Assembly (NCBI GenBank): GCA_937976335.1
Contig: CALJRW010000035.1
Coordinates: 308-64,307, forward strand
Length of the DNA stretch: 64,000 bases
Direction of reading: 5' to 3'
Source: an uncultured bacterium
GTDB taxonomy: Bacteria; Bdellovibrionota_C; UBA2361; CALJRW01
Shown here: positions 49,026-58,086 of the stretch, piece by piece
Numbering within the stretch: position 1 is the first letter of the stretch
Layout of the letters: each line of letters opens with the position of its first letter
The notes under the pieces: generated by a model
Seen by the model: the letters and a program-made list of their open reading frames with translations, nothing else
The model's database searches: none
What the model was told of the DNA's origin: nothing
Program-made: the position numbers and the translations under genes

Positions 49026-50615
49026 ATGAGAACTTTTATTCCTTTATTTATTGCCTTAATACCTTTGGTAATTTTTCTTATTCAAAGCTCAAAAGAATCG
49101 GGCAATGCTAATTCATTGAAAAAATTTTTTCAGTATGGAGAGGGTTTAAGTAGTAAATCATTTTTTACTGCTATAGCTGCAAGCAATTCTTCACTGACAG
49201 CTTCAATATACTTGATAGCAGTTTACGGATATTTTTATGGCTTTGGTATCTTTATTTGGGTTATGTCTTTTTGGATTTTAACGCAATATGCATCAAGTTT
49301 TACAATTAAGAGAGTTGAAGAAATTACTAAAACCAAGGGTGGATTTTTAAGTAAAAGTGGAACGCTACATGAGTTTTTACAGCTAATTTTTTATTCCAAA
49401 AGAATACGAATATTGACAGGTATCTTTAGTTTTTTAGTATATATTGGTTTGTTAAGTTGTGAGTTAATGTTGGGACTAGAGGTTATCCAAGGTGTTTGGC
49501 CAAAAGAATATACTGTTGGTATTCCTTCTTCTAATTTACATCCTTGGTTTTGCTTAATTTTAATGATTATATCTGTAGTCATCTACGCATCTGTATCTGG
49601 TTTTAGAGGAGTTATCAGAACAGATAAATTTCAATTATTTTTAATGTGTCTGATGTTGCTTGCAACGTGGATAATTGTCTTTCCTAAATTTCCTGAAATG
49701 TTTGCTAGTTACAGTAAGTACTATTCTCTTAACCCTTTAGAAGTTTTATTTAATCCTTCGGGAGAAGGTTACTTTAATTTTATTTTCTTGTTTTTAATTA
49801 CTAACCTTATTTTTTGGGGTTTTTGGTGGCCATCTGCAATGGATCAATGGCATCGTTGTGCTGCAACGCAAGCTGAAAAATCAGCATTAGATTCTAAGTT
49901 TGGAACAACTGGATTCGTAACTACCTTATATTTGGCTGTGATGTCTCTTACTGCAATTTTAATTGGCGTGTTTGTAAAAATATTTATTACATCTTCTTCT
50001 GGCGAATCTGGAATAATTTATAATTTTCTTTTTTGGTTTGAACATGATTCATCTATAATGACAGGAGTATTGGTAGGTTTAATATCTGCAGGGCTAATTG
50101 CTGCTATTGTTTCAACTGTAGATACGTATTTAATAGTTGCATGTCAATCAATAGTTCTAGATGTATTTATGGCATCAAAGATTTCTCTTTCGCTTTTTGA
50201 AGCTGATAAAAATAAAAATTATAGTTTATATTATCTAAGTAAATCTAGAAAATTTATCTACTTATCTTTTTTTCTTGTTCTAACTTTTATGGGCTTGGTT
50301 TCTCTTGCTTTGGACATTTACACAATGATTTATGGTTTTTTTAGTTTGATGCTTGCGCTAATTCCAGCATTAACAATTGCTTTGATATCAGGAAGAAATA
50401 AAACTTTTGAGTTGCCAGCATTTTATAGCATTCTTTGTTCAGGATGCTGGGCAATTTTTTCAGGAGCCTACATTGTCTATGCTGTGAATATTCAGTCTAA
50501 CTCAAGCGATACTACAGAGATTTATACTTTCTTGTATTTGAATTCTATCTTTACATTGTCAGTAGGATATTTAGTCTTTTATGTAGTTAAAGTTTGTAGT
50601 TATTTCAAAAAGTAA
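49026..50615 (+). CDS. Sodium:solute symporter family protein
   Basis: About 13 TM segments; YASVSGFRGVIRTDKFQ, DQWHRC and AAIVSTVD. Confidence 0.75.
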   Translation: MRTFIPLFIALIPLVIFLIQSSKESGNANSLKKFFQYGEGLSSKSFFTAIAASNSSLTASIYLIAVYGYFYGFGIFIWVMSFWILTQYASSFTIKRVEEITKTKGGFLSKSGTLHEFLQLIFYSKRIRILTGIFSFLVYIGLLSCELMLGLEVIQGVWPKEYTVGIPSSNLHPWFCLILMIISVVIYASVSGFRGVIRTDKFQLFLMCLMLLATWIIVFPKFPEMFASYSKYYSLNPLEVLFNPSGEGYFNFIFLFLITNLIFWGFWWPSAMDQWHRCAATQAEKSALDSKFGTTGFVTTLYLAVMSLTAILIGVFVKIFITSSSGESGIIYNFLFWFEHDSSIMTGVLVGLISAGLIAAIVSTVDTYLIVACQSIVLDVFMASKISLSLFEADKNKNYSLYYLSKSRKFIYLSFFLVLTFMGLVSLALDIYTMIYGFFSLMLALIPALTIALISGRNKTFELPAFYSILCSGCWAIFSGAYIVYAVNIQSNSSDTTEIYTFLYLNSIFTLSVGYLVFYVVKVCSYFKK

Positions 50616-50624
50616 TTTTAAAAG

Positions 50625-50748
50625 AATCCTTTCTTTAAAAGCTTTCCCCCGTCGCGCTGAAGCTATGGGGGACTTGCCCCCCCCCGTCGCTGAAGCTATG
50701 GGAAATATGCCTGTTTTCTTATAACTTGTTGATTTTGGGATAACTATA
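50625..50748. repeat. REP-like element with two CCCCCGTCGCTGAAGCTATGGG units
   Basis: Units at 50646 and 50681; flanks are homologous to 59365-59453; a reverse unit lies at 57171-57208. Confidence 0.7.
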
Positions 50749-50889
50749 ATTGCTTTTTGGATTTTCTGTATTTCAGTCAAAATTAAAATAAATTGGATCA
50801 TTTTTAGTTTATCTATGGAGTTATTTATAATAATTATGTATATTTTTATGCTATTATTGAATAATTTTATCTTAAAATAGGAGAAAATA

Positions 50890-51981
50890 ATGTTAAATTT
50901 AGCTGAATACGTATGGTTAGATGGCTCTAAGCCAGTTCAAGGACTTCGTTCAAAGACTAGAGTTCTTAATTTTAATGAACAAAAACAGCTAGCTATAACA
51001 GATTTTCCTGAATGGAGTTTTGATGGTTCGTCTACTGAACAGGCTGTTGGAAATGACTCAGATTGTATTTTAAACCCTGTTCGTTTTGTAAAAGACCCAA
51101 TTAGAGGGGCTGGTAATTACATAGTTCTTTGTGAAGTTTTAAATTCAGATAAAACCCCTCACATCTCTAACTCAAGAGCGAAGTTAAGAGCAGTGCTTGA
51201 AGCAGGTGGAGCTGCTCAAGAAGCTTGGTTCGGCTTTGAGCAAGAATATACCTTAATAAAAAATGATAAGCCTCTAGGTTGGCCTGAAGCTGGATACCCT
51301 GAACCTCAAGGCCCTTATTACTGCGCTGTTGGTGCTGGAAATGTGGATGGGAGAACTATCGTAGAAGAGCATATGAAGGCATGTCTCGACGCAGGACTGA
51401 TGTTATATGGTATAAATGCTGAAGTAATGCTTGGGCAATGGGAATTTCAAATTGGATACAGAGGAGTAAAAGAAGAAAGTGCAGATGCTCTTACAACTTC
51501 TGATCATACTTGGATTGGAAGATGGTTGCTAGATAGAATCTCTGAAGATTATGGAATTTCAGTTTCTTATCATCCAAAGCCAGTTACGGGGGATTGGAAT
51601 GGTTCAGGGTGTCATACTAATTTTTCAACTATTGGCATGAGAGATCCTAAAACAGGAATGGAAACTATAAACTCTGCTATTGGGAAACTTGAAAAAAACC
51701 ATCAAAAGCATATTGATAATTATGGATCAAATAATGATATGCGTTTAGTTGGAGCATATGAAACTTGCCATATAAGCGAGTTTAGAGCAGGCAATTCCGA
51801 TAGAGGGGCTTCAATTAGAATTCCAGTTTCAGTTTATAAGGAAGGCTATGGATATATGGAAGATAGAAGGCCAGCTAGTAATTGCGACCCGTACATTGTT
51901 TCAAGGCTTTTGATTGAGACAGTTTGTGATATTCATTTGCCAAGTGAAACATTGGATTTTAAGACAGCTGTTAATGGATAA
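50890..51981 (+). CDS. glnII: Glutamine synthetase type II
   Basis: 363 aa; AEYVWLDG, WSFDGSST, GFEQEY, PQGPYYC, NAEVMLGQWEFQIG, DWNGSGCHTNFST and EDRRPASNCDPY. Confidence 0.9.
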   Translation: MLNLAEYVWLDGSKPVQGLRSKTRVLNFNEQKQLAITDFPEWSFDGSSTEQAVGNDSDCILNPVRFVKDPIRGAGNYIVLCEVLNSDKTPHISNSRAKLRAVLEAGGAAQEAWFGFEQEYTLIKNDKPLGWPEAGYPEPQGPYYCAVGAGNVDGRTIVEEHMKACLDAGLMLYGINAEVMLGQWEFQIGYRGVKEESADALTTSDHTWIGRWLLDRISEDYGISVSYHPKPVTGDWNGSGCHTNFSTIGMRDPKTGMETINSAIGKLEKNHQKHIDNYGSNNDMRLVGAYETCHISEFRAGNSDRGASIRIPVSVYKEGYGYMEDRRPASNCDPYIVSRLLIETVCDIHLPSETLDFKTAVNG

Positions 51982-52177
51982 AAATCTTCAATAGTTTAAG
52001 CGTGTTATGATAATAAATCTTTATTAGCTTGATTGTGTTTAAGGTGTAATCATGTAAAACTTCCATGAGGGTCTGTTAATTATTGTGATAATTAATTTTT
52101 AGTTTCGCAATAACCTGATTTTTTTTTGAAATCTCAGGTCACATTAAGAGTCTCACTGAAAGTTTTGGAGTTTTGAT

Positions 52178-53026
52178 TTGTATTCAATTTTAAGCTTTGC
52201 ATCTTGTGAGCCTAAAGATTTGCCAGGTGACGTTCAAGATTTATCCTATTCGCCAACTGACTTAGGTTTATATGCTGCTGAATTAGCGCTTAGCTCTGCT
52301 GGCATTGATAAGTCTGATCTTGGTTTAATTATAGGTGACTGCTCAACTCCTAAAGAATTAACCCCTTCAGAAGCACAAAGGCTAGGGTCGGGGTTAGAAC
52401 TTCAAATCCCTTGTTTTGATTTAACAGCTGGAACTCCCGCCTTAGCTTGTTTTTTTGAATATTTAAGATCAACTCAGGTTGATAAAATAGCAGAGAATAT
52501 TCTGTGGATCTCTTCAAACTGCCCTCTACAGTGGCTTCATTCTAATAGGCTTCATTCTGATAAAACTGAAATAGCAAAATATTTTTCTAATGGAGCGGCT
52601 TCAGCTATTCTAAGTCGTGTAAAGGAAGGTAGATTTCAAATAAAAAGCTCTAAGTATCTTTCATTTTTTGATCTAGAAATGCAATTTTCATTGTCAGCAA
52701 CAACTAATTTGTTTTTTGATGAGGATGCTGATTTTGGAGTTATAGATGAATGCGTAAAAAGGTTAATTCTTGAAGCTAAAAAGACAGTTAACTTTGAAGA
52801 GCTTACTAAAATTGTAGTTAATCCCTTAGCATTAAAAGCTACAAAAAATTTCATTAGTGATTTTAAGGGAGATTTTTTAGAATCTTTAAAAGGTGATTCT
52901 CTTGGCTCATCAGTTCCTCAGTTGATATATGATAATAAAGAAACTCTAATTTCTGGAGATAAGATTCTCTCATTTATGGTTGGACCTGGCCCTGTTGGAG
53001 GGTATTTTTTGTTGGAGTACTTATAG
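52178..53026 (+). CDS. FabH-like thiolase-fold protein lacking the catalytic triad
   Basis: Aligns with the next gene: FDLTAGTPAL versus YDVFTACPAF and GDSLGSSVP versus GNQAAAGAP; no HQAN. Confidence 0.7.
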   Translation: MYSILSFASCEPKDLPGDVQDLSYSPTDLGLYAAELALSSAGIDKSDLGLIIGDCSTPKELTPSEAQRLGSGLELQIPCFDLTAGTPALACFFEYLRSTQVDKIAENILWISSNCPLQWLHSNRLHSDKTEIAKYFSNGAASAILSRVKEGRFQIKSSKYLSFFDLEMQFSLSATTNLFFDEDADFGVIDECVKRLILEAKKTVNFEELTKIVVNPLALKATKNFISDFKGDFLESLKGDSLGSSVPQLIYDNKETLISGDKILSFMVGPGPVGGYFLLEYL

Positions 53027-54018
53027 TGAGCAATACTTTAGCAATATGCGGCATGGGGTCTTATCACCCTGAAGGAGTAATAGATAATAAATTTCTAGAA
53101 GATTTAGGTATTGAGTCTTCAGCTGAGTGGATAGTATCTAAAATTGGAATACTTGAAAGAAGAACAGTTTTACCTCTTGATTATATCAAGGAAACTAAAA
53201 ATGAAGATCCTAATAAAGCTATTGATTTAATTGAAACAGATTCTACCAAAATGGCAATTTTTGCTATTGAAGAAGCTTTAAAAAATGCAGGCATATCAAA
53301 AGACAAAATAGGTCTTATGATTTGTAATAGTTGCACTCCACAAAAAACACTTCCAACAGAAGGTCAACGTTTAGCAAAAGCTTTAAAGTTTAATTGTCCA
53401 GCTTATGATGTTTTTACGGCTTGTCCAGCTTTTGCTCTACATGTTGATTACTTAAGTAAAATTGAGTCGAATAATTTGCCGGAGTATGTTCTGTGCGTTT
53501 CAACGGCAATGCTTACTCAAAAAGTTGATTATAAAGATCGCTCTGCAAGTGCAATTTGGGGAGATGGGGCTGCAGCTTGGGTAATTTCAACTAAGGGTGA
53601 AGGGCGTTTGAAAGTTTTAGAAACCACTTATGATGGAGATCCAAAGAGATGTCACGCTGTTGTTATTGATACTATTGGACATTTTCATCAAGATGGTCGT
53701 GCAGTTAGGGACTTTTCTGTAAGACAAACAGTGAGAATGATAAAAAGACTTGAAAAAAACGATGAGATTGATTGGAATAGAGATATATTTGTCGGTCATC
53801 AAGCAAATGCAACTATGTTAGAGCAAATCAGAAAGAATAGAAAAATTCCTCATGAAAACCATTGGAGCAATGTAAAATTTATGGGAAATCAAGCTGCGGC
53901 GGGAGCTCCAGCTGTTATTTCTGAACATTGGGAAAAAATAGAAAAAAATCAAAAGATTTTAGTTGCGGTTGTTGGTGCTGGTTTAAGTTGGGGGTCTGTT
54001 CTTTTTGAAGTTCAGTAA
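53026..54018 (+). CDS. fabH: 3-oxoacyl-ACP synthase III family protein
   Basis: WIVSKIGILERR, TAC, WGDGAAA, GHQAN, GN and GAGLSWG; Cys-His-Asn triad intact. Confidence 0.85.
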   Translation: MSNTLAICGMGSYHPEGVIDNKFLEDLGIESSAEWIVSKIGILERRTVLPLDYIKETKNEDPNKAIDLIETDSTKMAIFAIEEALKNAGISKDKIGLMICNSCTPQKTLPTEGQRLAKALKFNCPAYDVFTACPAFALHVDYLSKIESNNLPEYVLCVSTAMLTQKVDYKDRSASAIWGDGAAAWVISTKGEGRLKVLETTYDGDPKRCHAVVIDTIGHFHQDGRAVRDFSVRQTVRMIKRLEKNDEIDWNRDIFVGHQANATMLEQIRKNRKIPHENHWSNVKFMGNQAAAGAPAVISEHWEKIEKNQKILVAVVGAGLSWGSVLFEVQ

Positions 54019-54073
54019 ACCTATAAACTAGTGGTTATGAGTAGTCAGAGTTAGAATTTAAAGGATTAAAATT

Positions 54074-55201
54074 ATGAAAGCTTTAAGAATTATTTTTGTT
54101 TTACTAATTGCTATTAATTTATTTGCCGAAGATTCAGAAAGGGGAAGGCTCTCAGATGGAAGAGCTTTTAGAACCGACGCTGAAGGAGTTCAATTGGTTG
54201 ATTATATTGCAGAGCTTGAATTAAGCATAGAAGAGTTAAATAGAAAACTAATAGGAGTCGAAAACGAGCTTGACGAAAAAAATGCAATTATTAAAAGAAA
54301 AGGTATTTCGACTGAGTCTAGTATTAAAGAGAAAGATTTACTTTCGGGTAGAGAAAAAAAATCAAGTGCTCAAGAAAAAGCTGAGTGTGTAAAAGTATCC
54401 TGTCCTATACCTCAACCTTGTATTCAAAAAGAATGTGAAAGTTCTAACCTTTCTGCTAGCCTTGAGGCTGAGCTTAGAACTGCATCTGCAACTGTCAAAA
54501 ACCAGCGAGATAGAATTGAAGCTTTAAATAGCCAAATACAGCTGACGAAAAACATAAATAATTCTAGCAATACAGATTTAGAAAGAAAGTTTAATGAAGT
54601 TAACAAACTTGTAGCAGAGAAAGATGCTCAAATTTTTAGCTTAAAAGATGAATTGAGATTGGTTAATAGAAAAGTAACTAATGCAGAGTCTCAAAATTCA
54701 ATAGTTGCAGCCTTAAATGAAAGAATTAGTGATTTAGAGCAAGTAATTTCTAACAAAGAGGCTGAAATTGCTGAGGTTAGAAAAGCATCTTATGTTGCTC
54801 ACTCTGTAACTAGTCCTGTAAGGGTTAGTAAGAAAGCTTCAAAAGCTAAGACATATTCTGCAACTAGAGCATCTTTTTCTCCAAGTAGAGCACGAGCACT
54901 TGATGCTGTTAAGTCAAGATTGCGGGGTGATTACAACAGACTTAAGAGTTTAGTTTCAATGCGAGATAGTAAGTTAAAAAGATACCAGGAGCTAAAAAAT
55001 ACTACTGTAAAACTAAAAGGTTCAGTATTGAAATCTGAAAATGGTACTAATCCTAGAGCTCTTAGAACGATGATAGATAGAACTGACTCTATGCAAGAAT
55101 TATCAAAACTTGGGAAAGAGTTAGCTCAAATAAAGCGCATTGCTCAAAAAGATATTTCTTTAGTTGATAGAATGATGCGGTTGAATAAAAGTCGAGGGTG
55201 A
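54074..55201 (+). CDS. Exported coiled-coil protein
   Basis: Signal peptide, long heptad regions and a short Cys/Pro linker. Confidence 0.6.
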   Translation: MKALRIIFVLLIAINLFAEDSERGRLSDGRAFRTDAEGVQLVDYIAELELSIEELNRKLIGVENELDEKNAIIKRKGISTESSIKEKDLLSGREKKSSAQEKAECVKVSCPIPQPCIQKECESSNLSASLEAELRTASATVKNQRDRIEALNSQIQLTKNINNSSNTDLERKFNEVNKLVAEKDAQIFSLKDELRLVNRKVTNAESQNSIVAALNERISDLEQVISNKEAEIAEVRKASYVAHSVTSPVRVSKKASKAKTYSATRASFSPSRARALDAVKSRLRGDYNRLKSLVSMRDSKLKRYQELKNTTVKLKGSVLKSENGTNPRALRTMIDRTDSMQELSKLGKELAQIKRIAQKDISLVDRMMRLNKSRG

Positions 55202-55278
55202 GAGTGCTTTTGATTGTTTGAGAAAGGAAGAAAAAGCTGGAATTTATCTAAAAAAGTTTGAAATAAAGTAAAACTAAT

Positions 55279-56592
55279 TCAACTTGAATCCCCACTAGCA
55301 AGCATTCCCACTAACAAATAAACAATAAATAAAATCTCACTGTCGCCAAAATTATATTCTCCAATTCCTGCAATTTGCCAAGAAAGTAATGCAGAACCAA
55401 TACCTAGTTCAAGGTAATTCTTTTTACTGAAAATACTTCTAAAGCTAAATTTAAAAATTCTATAAAGCCACCAGATAAAAATACCAAAAGCAATCCATCC
55501 CGTTTCGACTATTATATTTATAAAATTACTATGAAAATGTCTTAACTCAGGAGGTATTTTTTTATCAAATTTTCTCATAAATGAAGAATTGCTATAGCCA
55601 ATTCCAAGCGGATATCTTCCAGAAAGTTCAGTTCCAATTTTCCAAATTGTGCTTCGTCCGCCAGCAATATAGAAATGTTCAGTAGATTTAGAAATTCTGT
55701 TAGCAACTGGTTGAAAAGAAGTAATAGTTATCAGTACTAGTAAGATAGGAATTAGGGCATATCTTGGTTTAGTTAATATTAGAAGTAGGACTGAACTTAT
55801 AGCAACTCCTGCCCAAGGTCCTCTTTTTAAGTTTAATAGTAGAGAGGTAGCTAAAACTGGAATAATTATTATGCAAAAAAATAATAAATTTTTATTTATA
55901 AAAATCTCTTTATTCTTATTTTTAAAAAATAGATATACTTGGTAAAATAAGATTGAGGTAAAAATACTAAAAAATACAACTTTTAGAAAATCATTGTGTA
56001 CTAAGAAAGTTACTAAGGCTAAACAAATAAAAGAAAGTGTAGAACTAAGCATTTGTTTCGAATAAGATTGATTTCCTCTTAAAAAGAGAACAAGAGTGAC
56101 AGATATCAACATGCTAATGCTTAGTTGGCCAGCTTCTGTTAATTGTCCAATAAATAGTTTGGGGATTTCTAATTGGCTCGCTCTTTCAAATAAGGTATGA
56201 CAACTTGCAATGCCTTGACCTAAGAGAAGTGAGTAAAGGGAAATGAGTTTGTTTGATTTTTTTATTAAATCAAAAAACATTGGAATTGAAAAAGCAAAAA
56301 AAACAGCTTCAAGGATTTCTTTTGTGCTGTTAAGTGAATTAATACCCCAAAGAGAACAAATTAGAGAGATAAGAAAAAAAGCTAATAAAGGTGAGAATAA
56401 AAAACGTAATTTTTTGTTATTTAGAACGCTCTGCACTTCCTTAAAATCTGAAAGCCAAATTAGCATAGAAGGAATAAGAGTGATGTAGAGTAGAGATAAT
56501 TTAATAGGAATAAGGAAAGCTAAAATAACTAGAGTTATTTCGGCATTTCTATCAAATACTAATTGCCTTAGTTTTTTAAGCTGATTAAGCAT
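55279..56592 (-). CDS. O-antigen ligase (WaaL/Wzy_C) family protein
   Basis: Polytopic; KRGPW, R..IW, PLGIGY and HFHSNFINIIVETG. Confidence 0.78.
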   Translation of the reverse strand: MLNQLKKLRQLVFDRNAEITLVILAFLIPIKLSLLYITLIPSMLIWLSDFKEVQSVLNNKKLRFLFSPLLAFFLISLICSLWGINSLNSTKEILEAVFFAFSIPMFFDLIKKSNKLISLYSLLLGQGIASCHTLFERASQLEIPKLFIGQLTEAGQLSISMLISVTLVLFLRGNQSYSKQMLSSTLSFICLALVTFLVHNDFLKVVFFSIFTSILFYQVYLFFKNKNKEIFINKNLLFFCIIIIPVLATSLLLNLKRGPWAGVAISSVLLLILTKPRYALIPILLVLITITSFQPVANRISKSTEHFYIAGGRSTIWKIGTELSGRYPLGIGYSNSSFMRKFDKKIPPELRHFHSNFINIIVETGWIAFGIFIWWLYRIFKFSFRSIFSKKNYLELGIGSALLSWQIAGIGEYNFGDSEILFIVYLLVGMLASGDSS

Positions 56593-56693
56593 TGTAAAAC
56601 TATAAGTGTTTTTTTAAGAAATATCTATAATACACTTTTTAAGCTTGTTAGTTATATGCAATAATAACATAAGTTAATTTATTAGGATTACTT

Positions 56694-57104
56694 ATGAAAA
56701 AATATATGATTTTTCTTTTATTTTTAGTTTTAATGTGTACTACCGCCTTTGCTAAAGAAAATCCAGAAGATATTTGGGAAGGTATGACGTATGCAGATGT
56801 TTTAGAAGCCTGGGGAGCTCCAACAGAAAAGATAGTGAAGGAAGCTAAGAGAGAAGATTTATGGATATACAAAGAATCTGAAGTGCGGTTTGTAGAAGGA
56901 AAATTAGTAAGTACGAATAAGAGAAAATTTTTAGCTATGAAAGAAAAGTCTATTCAAGATTCTGAGATGGAGTATGCAGAAGAAAATGAAAACGAAGTTG
57001 AAAGCGCTCAAGTAGAAGATATCTTAACTGAAATTATGACTGGATCTACTTCAAAGGTTGATGATAAGAAAGGGCGAGTCGGGGCGCGTAGGAGACGGAA
57101 GTAG
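56694..57104 (+). CDS. Small exported protein with SmpA/BamE-like motif
   Basis: Signal peptide followed by GMTYADVLEAWGAP...WIY...F.EGKL. Confidence 0.55.
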   Translation: MKKYMIFLLFLVLMCTTAFAKENPEDIWEGMTYADVLEAWGAPTEKIVKEAKREDLWIYKESEVRFVEGKLVSTNKRKFLAMKEKSIQDSEMEYAEENENEVESAQVEDILTEIMTGSTSKVDDKKGRVGARRRRK

Positions 57105-57109
57105 CTTTC

Positions 57110-57437
57110 TTATCCCGAATTCAGGTTTAAAAAAGTAATTTCTGAAAATGAGCTTTGGATTTTCTATACCCTTGCTCGTCCTCCGAAGCTTTAGCGACGG
57201 GGGACAAGTTGATTTACTTGTTTTCTCGCGACAAGTATTTTTTTAATGGGCCCTAATGATATACCCGTCGTCATTTAGTTTTTCCACTTTTTGTCTAAGA
57301 CCTGATCGGTCTTAGCCTAGTTTTGACGGGTATATCTTATCGTCCCTCCGGGAGACTTTCGGAAATTTTCAATTTCCTTCAGTATATATAGAAACAGCAT
57401 CTAAGATTTTCTTGGTTTAAACCTGAATTTTGAATAA
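57110..57437. repeat. Composite MITE-like palindromic element, copy 2
   Basis: Outer inverted repeats TTATCCCGAATTCAGGTTTAAA / TTTAAACCTGAATTTTGAATAA (19/22) enclose a REP-like unit and the 129-bp core shared with copy 1. Confidence 0.8.
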
Positions 57438-57504
57438 TTTAGTAAAGGTTGTTATTTATACTAACGATGATTAGAATACAGACTTACGATTAAAGGATAA
57501 AACT

Positions 57505-57831
57505 ATGTCAAAAAATATATCTGAAATAGCTGATAGCGATTTCGAAACCAAAGTTCTAAAGGCAGACGGGCTAGTATTAGTTGATTTTTGGGCACCATGG
57601 TGTGGACCGTGTAAAGCAATAGCTCCTGTTTTAGAAGAAATAGCTACACAGTTTGCTGACAAGCTAACTATTGTTAAGGTCAATGTTGATGACAACCCAA
57701 AAAATGCAGCAGAATTTCAAGTGCGAGGAATTCCTAATTTAATATTTTTCAAAAACGGCGAGAAAGTTGATCAACTTGTTGGGGCTGTTCCTAAGGATGA
57801 CCTTGTTAAGGCTGTTGAAAGCTTGGTTTAG
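57505..57831 (+). CDS. trxA: Thioredoxin
   Basis: DFWAPWCGPCK and RGIP; 108 aa. Confidence 0.95.
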   Translation: MSKNISEIADSDFETKVLKADGLVLVDFWAPWCGPCKAIAPVLEEIATQFADKLTIVKVNVDDNPKNAAEFQVRGIPNLIFFKNGEKVDQLVGAVPKDDLVKAVESLV

Positions 57832-57952
57832 GATTTAATCTCGGGATTATCATAAAGATAGTCACTACTGTAGATTTTACGTAAACAACAATACTTTTGG
57901 CTATTGCTTCGGTATAATGACCAACTATAACCAAAACCAACTATAACCTAAG

Positions 57953-57979
57953 AGGTCTACCTTAATGAGACCTTTTTTT
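57953..57979 (+). terminator. Probable rho-independent terminator
   Basis: AGGTCT-N9-AGACCT followed by a T run. Confidence 0.45.
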
Positions 57980-58086
57980 CTGTTAAGCCCAATAGCTCAT
58001 TTTAAATACAAAAGCTCTTTTCTGGCCTGTTGAAAAATACTGTTCTGCTACGAAAAAATAAAGATACTAACTTTAATTCTATAAAC

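Noticed and set aside
50646-50703. CRISPR-like direct repeats
   Set aside because: Only two units with almost no spacer, dispersed copies elsewhere and no cas genes; better explained as REP-like.
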